This document shows, piece after piece, positions 55,155 through 63,458 of a stretch of DNA of 64,000 nucleotides. How positions within the stretch are numbered: position 1 is the stretch's first letter; each line of letters begins with the position of its first letter. Position numbers and translations under genes: made by a program. The DNA is from Candidatus Avigastranaerophilus sp. (GTDB taxonomy: Bacteria > Muiribacteriota > Ozemobacteria > Ozemobacterales > Ozemobacteraceae), in the NCBI GenBank assembly GCA_045599645.1, contig JAZRWI010000089.1, positions 33,657 to 97,656 on the forward strand, in the 5' to 3' direction. The notes under the pieces are model-generated. The model searched no databases. It worked only from the letters and a program-made list of their open reading frames with translations, and had not been told where the DNA came from.

Positions 55155-57182
55155 ATGTCAATTGGTTTAACCAAGCGTAAAACAATATCTGTTATTGTTT
55201 ACTTATTGTTGTCTGCTCTGACTGTTGTTTTGACAATTGGATACATGGCCTTTTCTGCTTTTGAACGTCAGGAAGCGGAGTGGTTGGATTTAGTTGAGGA
55301 AGCAGACTTAAGATATATACGAGAAGTGGTTGGCAAAGGCCAATGGCATATTAAAGATGGCTTTTTATATGTAAATGAGACTTGTCTTGGCGATGGTACC
55401 AAAGAAAAGTCAAATTTGGACATATTCAGCGATTATGCAGAAAAAACAGGAGCCAATTGTTTTATCTATAAACGCTGTTCAGATAGCATAGAGGGCTGGA
55501 TTGACGACCCTGAAGTTTTAAGTGGTAAATATTATGCCGGACATTATCTTTGTGTCTGTGATTCCAGAAAAAATGCCAAGAATAGTTATGTTGGCTGGCC
55601 AATAAGCAAGCGTATTGCAGATGCTATAGAAAAAGACGGAATTTTTAACAAAACCGAATATTATAAATCTGAAGAAGGAATAGTTCGTCTGAGTTTCAGA
55701 GTAGTTGGCGTAAAAGATTCTGACAATGCTGATTATGTAGCATTGATAGCTGTTGGGCGTAACTTGGATGATAGTGAAACTTTCATAGAAAAAACAAGTC
55801 TGCATGTGGCTTTAATTGCTATTGCCCTGATAATTATACTTGGCTTAGGGCTTTGCAGAATGTTTTCTACTCAGATCAAGGATATTGACAAACTTATTGT
55901 TTATCTTTCCTCTGTTGGAACTGAACGATTTAATAATAAACCTATTGTTTTGTCCAATGGGCTAATGTCTGAAATTGCCAATGCTGTGAATGGAATGGTA
56001 TCGGCGTTGCAAGAGAAGGACAGACTTCAGAAAGAACTTAAGATTGCGGCTGGAATCCAGAAAAGTATGCTTCCAAAGGACTTTAAGATTTTTGAAAAAT
56101 ATAAGGAATTTTCGCTTTATGCCGACATGGTTCCTGCAAAAGAAGTCGGTGGTGACTTTTATGACGTTTTCCTTGCTGATGAAAATCATCTTGCAATGGT
56201 GATTGCAGACGTTTCTGGAAAAGGTGTGCCGGCAGCGATGTTTATGGCTGTTACCAGAACTCTTATCAGGAATTCGATGATAGTCGGCAGTGCAGTGGAT
56301 AAGACTTTTACAAAAGTCAATGCTTTCCTTTGCAATGACAATAAGGAAGAAATGTTTGTCACAGCCTGGCTAGGAATACTGAATCTTGAAACAGGAAATC
56401 TTGTTTATGTTAATGCTGGTCATAACCCACCTTTGATTTGCAGTAACGGAAAATTTGAATATATGAAAATGAAGCCTGGTTTTGTTTTGGCTGCAATGGA
56501 TAATTATCAATACAAACAATATGAATTACAGTTTGAACCAGGTGACAAAATAGTATTGTATACCGACGGCGTAACCGAGGCTACAGATATCAACGGCAGT
56601 CTTTATGGAAATAAACGATTTGTAGATTTGCTTAATGAAAACAAAAATAAATCTCCGAAAGAACTTATTGACGAGATTTATACCGATGTAAATGAGTATC
56701 AGAAAAATGTGGAACAGGCTGACGATATTACTGTTCTTGCCGTTGAGTTTAATAAAAAAATGAATTTGTTCGCTTATGAAAAAGATTTTGACTCCGACCG
56801 TAAACAGTTGGATGAAGCAGTTGCTTTTGTAGAAACATATCTTGAAGAATTAGAATGTCCTATGAAGTTTATAATGCAAGTATCTACCGCGGTTGAAGAA
56901 ATTTTCCTGAATATTGTTGATTATGCATATAAAATTAATAAAGGGAAAGTCACTATTGCTGTTGGTCGCGATGAAGTAGATAATTCTCTGATTCTTCGTT
57001 TTACTGATACAAGCTACGCCTTTAATCCGTTAGAATTAAAGAATCCTGATATAAATCTTTCTGCAGAGGAACGAAGCGAAGGCGGTCTAGGAATATTCAT
57101 GGTGAAAAACATTATGGATAGTGTTGATTATAGACGCTCTGATGAAAAAAATATCCTTACGATGAAAAAAAAGATTGCATAA
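55155..57182 (+). CDS. Membrane sensor / PP2C (SpoIIE-type) phosphatase / RsbW-like HATPase kinase fusion
   Basis: 675 aa. Two TM helices bracket an extracytoplasmic domain of about 190 aa. The PP2C motifs are GGDFYDV and DVSGKGVPAAMFM ..YTDGVTEA..DDITVL. The C-terminal region is GHKL-type (..EGGLGIFMVKNIMD..). Confidence 0.85.
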   Translation: MSIGLTKRKTISVIVYLLLSALTVVLTIGYMAFSAFERQEAEWLDLVEEADLRYIREVVGKGQWHIKDGFLYVNETCLGDGTKEKSNLDIFSDYAEKTGANCFIYKRCSDSIEGWIDDPEVLSGKYYAGHYLCVCDSRKNAKNSYVGWPISKRIADAIEKDGIFNKTEYYKSEEGIVRLSFRVVGVKDSDNADYVALIAVGRNLDDSETFIEKTSLHVALIAIALIIILGLGLCRMFSTQIKDIDKLIVYLSSVGTERFNNKPIVLSNGLMSEIANAVNGMVSALQEKDRLQKELKIAAGIQKSMLPKDFKIFEKYKEFSLYADMVPAKEVGGDFYDVFLADENHLAMVIADVSGKGVPAAMFMAVTRTLIRNSMIVGSAVDKTFTKVNAFLCNDNKEEMFVTAWLGILNLETGNLVYVNAGHNPPLICSNGKFEYMKMKPGFVLAAMDNYQYKQYELQFEPGDKIVLYTDGVTEATDINGSLYGNKRFVDLLNENKNKSPKELIDEIYTDVNEYQKNVEQADDITVLAVEFNKKMNLFAYEKDFDSDRKQLDEAVAFVETYLEELECPMKFIMQVSTAVEEIFLNIVDYAYKINKGKVTIAVGRDEVDNSLILRFTDTSYAFNPLELKNPDINLSAEERSEGGLGIFMVKNIMDSVDYRRSDEKNILTMKKKIA

Positions 57183-57205
57183 ACAGTCTGTGTTAATGCA
57201 ATCTT
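57171..57205. terminator. Hairpin between convergent genes (possible terminator for the minus-strand gene)
   Basis: AAGATTGCAT-15 nt-ATGCAATCTT. On the minus strand the hairpin is followed by a T8 run. The left arm overlaps the last codons of 55155..57182. Confidence 0.45.
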
Positions 57206-57230
57206 CTGATTCAATGATGACGCTGGGCAA

Positions 57231-58739
57231 TTATTTCGTTTTATCTTCGACCATAGCTTGAATGATAGAATCCATTATCTTTTCTTCCCAAATGTAATTG
57301 CTACTGAATATGCCGGAAGAACGCGGGTCGTTGTCTTCCTCCACTGCCTCGCCATTAACTGTAAATACAAATCCATCCTGAGGTTTAGCAACAAACCTGT
57401 ATGCTCCTGATAATAGGCCATAACATTCTCCGGTATGACCAACCAAATCAACCTGGTATTTTTCACATGCCTTGGCTTTTGTATTTCCATCAATCAACAT
57501 TGTTCCCAAGCCGTATTTCAGCAAAGTGTCACCATAGGTTTTGCCGTTTTGCAGATTTGCATCATAGGTCCACTGGGCTTTACACATTTCTTCGACTGAA
57601 TCTGGCTGGAGTACTTGATATTCATTAAATTTGCCGTTATTTCCAAGCATCATCAGCATATTGCCGATTTCTGGCAAGCTTATTCTCAAACCGCCCTGTG
57701 GTCCAAAACATGATGGGTTTTTCCCAATTTGATATTTATCAAAAGAGTAAACCGTTGAATATTTGCCGGGAAAATCATAAAGAATTGCAAAAAAATTTTT
57801 TGACTCAACAGCATCTTTGTAAGATGGTTTTACCGAAAAATCATCACACTTCGCAAACCAGGAACCATGTTCATTCCAAACATCAAAGTCGTCTGATTTT
57901 TGATATATTGTTGCCAGATTATTGAATTCTGTGTCTTCCATATTCACTGGAATATAGTCTGCTTTGGTATTTAACTGACTTAAAATATGCTTCTTCTGAT
58001 AAATGTCAAAACGTTCTCCGGTTACTCTTTCGATAATGGCTCCCAGGAGTATATAATTCAAGTTAGAGTAACAAAAATAGATTCCAGGTTCTTCTGCTTT
58101 GCTGGCAAAATGGGCACCGTTTTCCCAAAATTTTCCCTTTGGATTAAAACATTCTTTAAGGCTCAAATATGGCGGAGTACTGTAACACTTGCCATCACGT
58201 ATAGAAGAAGTATGGGCTAAAAGCATACGCACAGTTATTGCAACATCTGGAAAATTTGGATTCCGCAGCGAATAACCGAGATATTCGCTAGCATCCGTAT
58301 CAAGCTTAAGTTTCCCTTCTTCTACCAATTGCATAATTGTAATAGCAGTAAATTGTTTGGAAATAGAAGCTATTCTAAATCGCGTATCACGAGTTATCGG
58401 ACGGTCATTGGCCGGATTTTTTTCATCAATATATGCACGGCCTGCAAAGTGGCTATACACTTCTTTCCCGTTTTTATAGACGATTACACCAATTCCTGGA
58501 ACCTTATAATACTCGTTTGTATTGACCATATCATCAAGCTCTTTTGTAAGCTTTTCTGCTGCTGCTGTTGAAAGTTTTGAAGAAGTCTCTGCTGGTTTTA
58601 CAGTATCAGTTTGGCCATACAAAACTGTGCTTGTTAAAAATATTGCTGCTCCGCATAACGAAATAATATTTTTACCGAATAGAATTCTTGGCATTTGTGA
58701 CAACTCCATATTTATCGAATTTATTAAATTATAATACAA
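57231..58739 (-). CDS. Serine hydrolase of the beta-lactamase / PBP (class C-like) family, secreted
   Basis: 502-aa ORF. The probable start is ATG 58694 (MPRILFGKNIISLCGAAIFL.. signal peptide). The S-x-x-K motif is ASISKQF and a YSN motif lies downstream. Confidence 0.85.
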   Translation of the reverse strand: MYYNLINSINMELSQMPRILFGKNIISLCGAAIFLTSTVLYGQTDTVKPAETSSKLSTAAAEKLTKELDDMVNTNEYYKVPGIGVIVYKNGKEVYSHFAGRAYIDEKNPANDRPITRDTRFRIASISKQFTAITIMQLVEEGKLKLDTDASEYLGYSLRNPNFPDVAITVRMLLAHTSSIRDGKCYSTPPYLSLKECFNPKGKFWENGAHFASKAEEPGIYFCYSNLNYILLGAIIERVTGERFDIYQKKHILSQLNTKADYIPVNMEDTEFNNLATIYQKSDDFDVWNEHGSWFAKCDDFSVKPSYKDAVESKNFFAILYDFPGKYSTVYSFDKYQIGKNPSCFGPQGGLRISLPEIGNMLMMLGNNGKFNEYQVLQPDSVEEMCKAQWTYDANLQNGKTYGDTLLKYGLGTMLIDGNTKAKACEKYQVDLVGHTGECYGLLSGAYRFVAKPQDGFVFTVNGEAVEEDNDPRSSGIFSSNYIWEEKIMDSIIQAMVEDKTK

Positions 58740-58824
58740 ATTTCTTTTTACTTAAATTAATAAATTCTGATTTCGGACTATATTCTATATCGCCGAGGGT
58801 CGCCGAGAGCCTACAACATTTTAA

Positions 58825-58853
58825 TTGACTTTGCTTCAGTCACTCACTAGAAT
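58825..58853 (+). promoter_or_regulatory. Putative sigma70 promoter of the SLH-porin gene
   Basis: TTGACT (58825-58830), a 17-nt spacer, then TAGAAT (58848-58853). A GGAG RBS at 58877-58880 and ATG 58890 follow. Confidence 0.55.
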
Positions 58854-58920
58854 AACGCAATTAAATTTTAATATACGGAGTCTGATTTTATGAAAAAATC
58901 CGTTTTTATGCACGCACTAG

Positions 58921-58940
58921 GTGTGTGTGTGTGTGTGTGT
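58921..58940 (+). repeat. (GT)10 dinucleotide tract inside the signal-peptide coding region
   Basis: GTGTGTGTGTGTGTGTGTGT read directly from the sequence. ATG 58890 reads MKKSVFMHALGVCVCVCQ* through the tract. The long ORF continues in the +1 frame. Confidence 0.98.
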
Positions 58941-60513
58941 CAATAGCGCATTAGCGGCACCTTTTTCTGACGTTTCAGCTAATCACTGGGCCTATGATGC
59001 CATAGAAAACCTGGCTTCCAAAGGGTTGCTTCAGGGATTTAATGACAATACCTTCAAGGGGAACAAAACAGCTACCCGCTATGAACTGGCAGTTCTTACT
59101 GCCAAGATGCTTGGCAACGCTGAAGCTGGCGGAGCCTCTGTAAGCAGATCTGACCTTCAGACCCTGGAAAAGCTTACCGTGGAATTTGCAGACGAACTGG
59201 CTTCTCTGGGTGTTAAAGTCACTTCAATCGAAAGTGACATGGCTGCGGTAAAAGAAGATGTTGCCACCCTTAAGGCTGACGTTGCATCAATAAAGGAATG
59301 CAAAAGCCTTTCAAAGGTAAGAATCAGCGGTGATATGCTTGTTGCACATTACAGCGACAAGATGAAAAATCATTCACTGAATAACCATACTGCTCGCACA
59401 CATTTCAGACTGCAGATGGATGCAGACATTGATGAAAACATCTCTGCACGTGCCCGCTTTAAGCTTATCAACGACACAGCCTGGGATGGAAAAAATAAAA
59501 ATACATCTAATGTCGAAATAGCATACCTGAAGATAAAAAATGCTTTCAACTCAGGTGGCGAACTTAAGCTTGGCCGTGATTTCCATACCCATGGTCACGG
59601 TTTTGTAGTTCATGACTACATGGATGCCATCAGCTATTCAAAGAAGTGCGGCAATATAGATTTAACCTTCAACTGCTTCTTTGACCGCAAGAATGACGAA
59701 AATGGCAATGATTACCACAATTTCTGGAACATCAATGCAGACACAGAATACAAAGGTCATAAGCTTTATGCCGGTGTTTATTACAATACTAAAAAATATG
59801 CCGGTGTAGAAGACAGCAAGAAGGAAACCAGAGTGGAATTCGGTTCTTCCGGTAAACTCACTGATAATAAGAAGCTGACCTATGACCTGGCAGGTGTTTA
59901 CAGCGATACCCAGAACACAGGTGCTCTCCTGGATGAAGCCACCAATTATCATAAGCACGAAAGAGGCTGGTTAGCTCACGGAGCAATCAGCTATGATTCT
60001 CTTAAGCAGTTCAATGCAAAGCTTGCCTATACTTTTGTTGATGACGGTTCTAATGCCAATCTCAGCAATGTTAGCAGAAACGACCTTCTCAGAAGATTCG
60101 ATGAACCGGAAACTATTTTTGAAGACCTTGCCTGGTATAATCTCTGTTCTAACAATAAAATGAACTACAAGAACCTTTCCGATATAAAGGTTCAGATTGG
60201 TTATACTCTTAAGAATGCAGACAAACATAGCTTCAGACTTGCATACGATAAGGTTCAGTCCAAGCAGGATGATATTGCTTTTATTTCCAGCGTGAATAGT
60301 CGTATTGCACCGCCTGACTCAATGTGGCATAAGGTTGACTTTGATATGCTGACTTTTGAATATATGTATAAGCTCTCTGAAAATGCCCGTTTGAGAGTTG
60401 TCTATGCAGCCACCAGAGATGACAGTGTTGTAAAACAGGCAACAGCAGCCAGCCCTGCTGTTGAAGCCGATGATCAGCACACTCTTTTCTTTGAAATATA
60501 TAACAGATTCTGA
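58921..60513 (+). CDS. OmpM-like outer-membrane protein (SLH domain, coiled coil, beta-barrel porin), frame-disrupted relative to its natural ATG at 58890
   Basis: The 530-aa track ORF begins inside the GT tract. The SLH motif is FSDVSANHWAYDAIENLASKGLLQGFNDNTFKGNKTATRYELA. A coiled coil follows. The C-terminal 380 aa has alternating-hydrophobic beta-strands and ends in ..FFEIYNRF. The promoter, RBS, ATG and signal peptide lie upstream in another frame. Confidence 0.8.
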   Translation: MCVCVCVNSALAAPFSDVSANHWAYDAIENLASKGLLQGFNDNTFKGNKTATRYELAVLTAKMLGNAEAGGASVSRSDLQTLEKLTVEFADELASLGVKVTSIESDMAAVKEDVATLKADVASIKECKSLSKVRISGDMLVAHYSDKMKNHSLNNHTARTHFRLQMDADIDENISARARFKLINDTAWDGKNKNTSNVEIAYLKIKNAFNSGGELKLGRDFHTHGHGFVVHDYMDAISYSKKCGNIDLTFNCFFDRKNDENGNDYHNFWNINADTEYKGHKLYAGVYYNTKKYAGVEDSKKETRVEFGSSGKLTDNKKLTYDLAGVYSDTQNTGALLDEATNYHKHERGWLAHGAISYDSLKQFNAKLAYTFVDDGSNANLSNVSRNDLLRRFDEPETIFEDLAWYNLCSNNKMNYKNLSDIKVQIGYTLKNADKHSFRLAYDKVQSKQDDIAFISSVNSRIAPPDSMWHKVDFDMLTFEYMYKLSENARLRVVYAATRDDSVVKQATAASPAVEADDQHTLFFEIYNRF

Positions 60514-60529
60514 TTTCTGGAGTTAAATC

Positions 60530-62104
60530 ATGAAAAAATACATTTTATCAATATTAGTCCTCGTGACCGTGATACTGGCAGCAGTTGGCTGCAGCTCACA
60601 CAGCGGTTTCGGCGGCAATCCTTCCAGCGTAGGTCCTGTCCCGGACCCGACACCTACATCAATTCCCGTTCCAACTCAAGTGAGTGCTGCATATGACCAT
60701 AATCAGAAAATGCTTGAAGCCAGTTGGTCGTGGAATTGGGACGGTGGAACATATCAGAATGTTTCTTATACTGTAATAATAAGGGATTCAAATGATCAGG
60801 AATTTGGAAAAATAGAAAATATATCTGATTGTTTCTGTGATAGTTCAAATACTGATTTGACATTTCCAGCGGGCGACTATAATCTTAATGTAATCGCCGT
60901 CGTAGACGGTCAGAAATCTGAAGAATCAGAAACTGCTGATTTTAATGTTGGTCTTGCTCCAGCAGAACCCATAATTGATAATACGTCTGTTGATGTTTTA
61001 ACGAAACATCGGCCGACTATAACCTGGAAGCCAGGGAACGAGGCTCCGGGAGTAACTTATCATATAAGCTTAAAAGACAATTCAGGGAATATCGTTGATA
61101 GTTGCTCAACTGAAACTCTTGTCTGGAATTCATCAAAATCTATTGATGGCGCACATGAATTCGATATATATGCAGAAAATATTTATGGGAAATCAACTAC
61201 TGCCGTCTATAAATTTACAGTTAAGTTCTGGGAAGGTGATGGAACTCAGTCTAAGCCATATATTATAGCTGACGCTGAACATCTGGACAATGTCAGAGAT
61301 TATCTTAATACTGAAAATGTATATTTTAAGCAAACTAACGACATTGATTTAACTGAATATATTGCCAGTAATTATCCTGACGGCGGTTGGATGCCTATAG
61401 GGGATTATTCAAATACATTTAAAGGGTATTATGATGGTGGCAATAAAAAAATCTCTGGCTTTACTATAAATAGAACTAGCACTGATGATGTTGGTTTATT
61501 TGGTCGTTGCCAAGGCACTTTGAGCAATATAATAATGTATAAACCAATGGTTGAAGGGAGTATTAACGTAGGTGCTTTATCTGGTTCTGCTTTTAATGGT
61601 GAATTTAATCAATGTTGTGTAATCGATGGTTCAGTAAAAGGTGTATCAGAGTGTGGTTTACTTGTTGGAGTCTGTATGGCACACTTCAATGAATGCTTTA
61701 CAAGTGGCGGTAGTATTATAGCTTTAAAAACTGCTGGCGGTTTAATAGGGTTTACAAATAATTCAGATAATGAAATTACAAATTGTTATTCCAGTGGCGT
61801 TACTATTAGTTGTGACGAACGTTCTGCAGGTCTTTGCGGGGAATCATATCGGGCAGATTCTAAGATAACTAATTCGTATTCGGCAAATACCGTAAATTGT
61901 AGTGGTAGTAAAGGGGCTTTTGTTTATGATTCTTCCTCCTTTATTAATATTAGTGATTGCTTTACTACAGAAGAAGGCAATTTGAAAAGCGGTTGCATAA
62001 AAGCCTCTAAATATAGTGAAACAGGTTATTCCTGGGATAGCGATATTTGGGATTTGAGCAAGGATCTGCCAACCCTCAGATGGTATGACAATCTAGGCTA
62101 CTAA
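60530..62104 (+). CDS. Lipoprotein with Ig/Fn3-like repeats and C-terminal GLUG-motif repeats
   Basis: 524 aa with the lipobox LAAVGC. Two repeats of about 90 aa follow. The C-terminus has repeated hydrophobic-Gly motifs (VGLFGRC, VGALSGS, CGLLVGV, AGGLIGF, SAGLCGE) typical of GLUG domains. The gene starts 17 nt after the porin gene. Confidence 0.75.
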   Translation: MKKYILSILVLVTVILAAVGCSSHSGFGGNPSSVGPVPDPTPTSIPVPTQVSAAYDHNQKMLEASWSWNWDGGTYQNVSYTVIIRDSNDQEFGKIENISDCFCDSSNTDLTFPAGDYNLNVIAVVDGQKSEESETADFNVGLAPAEPIIDNTSVDVLTKHRPTITWKPGNEAPGVTYHISLKDNSGNIVDSCSTETLVWNSSKSIDGAHEFDIYAENIYGKSTTAVYKFTVKFWEGDGTQSKPYIIADAEHLDNVRDYLNTENVYFKQTNDIDLTEYIASNYPDGGWMPIGDYSNTFKGYYDGGNKKISGFTINRTSTDDVGLFGRCQGTLSNIIMYKPMVEGSINVGALSGSAFNGEFNQCCVIDGSVKGVSECGLLVGVCMAHFNECFTSGGSIIALKTAGGLIGFTNNSDNEITNCYSSGVTISCDERSAGLCGESYRADSKITNSYSANTVNCSGSKGAFVYDSSSFINISDCFTTEEGNLKSGCIKASKYSETGYSWDSDIWDLSKDLPTLRWYDNLGY

Positions 62105-62134
62105 TCTACTCTCCAGCCTTTAAAAGCGAACTTC

Positions 62135-62172
62135 AAAACTCCGCAGAGCTTTTCCATTTGCGGAGTTTTTTT
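62135..62172 (+). terminator. Rho-independent terminator after the lipoprotein gene
   Basis: AAAACTCCGCA-13 nt-TGCGGAGTTTT followed by a T run. Confidence 0.8.
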
Positions 62173-62174
62173 CT

Positions 62175-62289
62175 AGCAAATTGCCGAATGATTTTCAGCC
62201 AAATTGCTGAATGATTTTTAGCCAAATTGCCGAATGATTTTCAGCCAAAACGCCGAAAAATATTTGACCAAAACGATGAATGATTCTTA
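62175..62289. repeat. Five tandem copies of an about 23-bp unit
   Basis: AGC(C)AAATTGCCGAATGATTTTC occurs three times nearly perfectly, followed by two degenerate copies. The array lies between convergent genes. Confidence 0.85.
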
Positions 62290-62309
62290 ACACAAAGTTA
62301 AATATATTA

Positions 62310-62630
62310 TTAAATAATTTCTAATTGCTGCTTTAACAGTAACAGATCCTTCTTTGATGTTTGCCAGATTATTCTATAATCTGTTCTCATATATTCGTGA
62401 ACAATAATATTTCTCATAGCAATTATTGTTGCCCACGGAATTTGCGGATACTTATCCTTAAAATCCTTTGTTATTCTAGCTGAAGCCTCACCAATAATCA
62501 TAAAGTGATATGAAACCATTTCTTGTTTTTCTATAGAATTTATAAAAGCTTCATAGCTGCAGTCTGTAATTTCTATTATTCTTGCTATTGATTTTAAAAT
62601 ATCTTCTATTCTTGTTTTATTATCTATCAT
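62310..62630 (-). CDS. hepT: HepT-family (DUF86/HEPN) toxin
   Basis: 106 aa with the R-x4-H-x-Y motif (RNIIVHEY). It overlaps the upstream MNT gene by 4 nt. Confidence 0.88.
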   Translation of the reverse strand: MIDNKTRIEDILKSIARIIEITDCSYEAFINSIEKQEMVSYHFMIIGEASARITKDFKDKYPQIPWATIIAMRNIIVHEYMRTDYRIIWQTSKKDLLLLKQQLEII

Positions 62631-63034
62631 AATAAAATCATGTCTTTCTTTACTGATTGATCAAAATACTCGTTTTTTAAAGCAGCATAAGAAATTACAT
62701 CCACATTGCAAGAAAACAGGTTTGATAAATCAATAATCATATTAGCCTGATCAAAAAGTGAAGCATTTTCATTAAAACAAGCCAGGAAATCTATGTCACT
62801 ATTTGGTTTTTCCTCTTTCCGTGCGCAAGAGCCAAATACATAAACCTTATCAGCGTTGTATTTGTTAGCTATCTGATAAATATTTGCTTTTTTATTTAAT
62901 ATTTCATCTAACTTACACATATTTGTAACCTTGCCAATACATTGTATTGAAGGACATTTTAAATTATTTTCACTTTCTAATATCATTATACCCATTTTAT
63001 TCAAATAGAGCAATAATACTACTTTACTAATCAA
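62627..63034 (-). CDS. mntA: MNT-family nucleotidyltransferase antitoxin
   Basis: The motif G-S-x-x-R .. D-x-D is present (VFGSCARKEEKPNSDIDF). The probable true start is ATG 62920 (98 aa, AAGG RBS). The longer track ORF adds an implausible hydrophobic extension. Confidence 0.85.
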   Translation of the reverse strand: MISKVVLLLYLNKMGIMILESENNLKCPSIQCIGKVTNMCKLDEILNKKANIYQIANKYNADKVYVFGSCARKEEKPNSDIDFLACFNENASLFDQANMIIDLSNLFSCNVDVISYAALKNEYFDQSVKKDMILL

Positions 63035-63458
63035 AGAAAGCTGAAAGCTGCGGGTATCGGGTTAAAATATGGTCTTTGGTGAATATTTCGAAGCCGTCGT
63101 GTCAGAAGCGGGGAACGGTGATAGCAGTAATTTGTATTGCCTGCTTCCAAAATCCTCATTCATTATGAAAATTTATTGGATCTATCCTACATCGCTTCCC
63201 AGTCAGCATTGAGATTATATCATTTTTCAGACAATCAATATTCATGCCAATATCATCTCTAAGCACCTCAAAGATATCTGTTCCTGTCCAATAGTTTCCG
63301 TATTCATGACTTAGTTACTAGCGAACAGCCTTTTCCGGTCCGTGGTTTTTTTTATTCTCTTACCTCTTATACTATTCTACTCGAAAAACTTTTCAATTCC
63401 AATTTTTTTTCGAGTAGAACCTTATGCCCCTTATGCCTGCATAGTTTTCCTGACCTTT

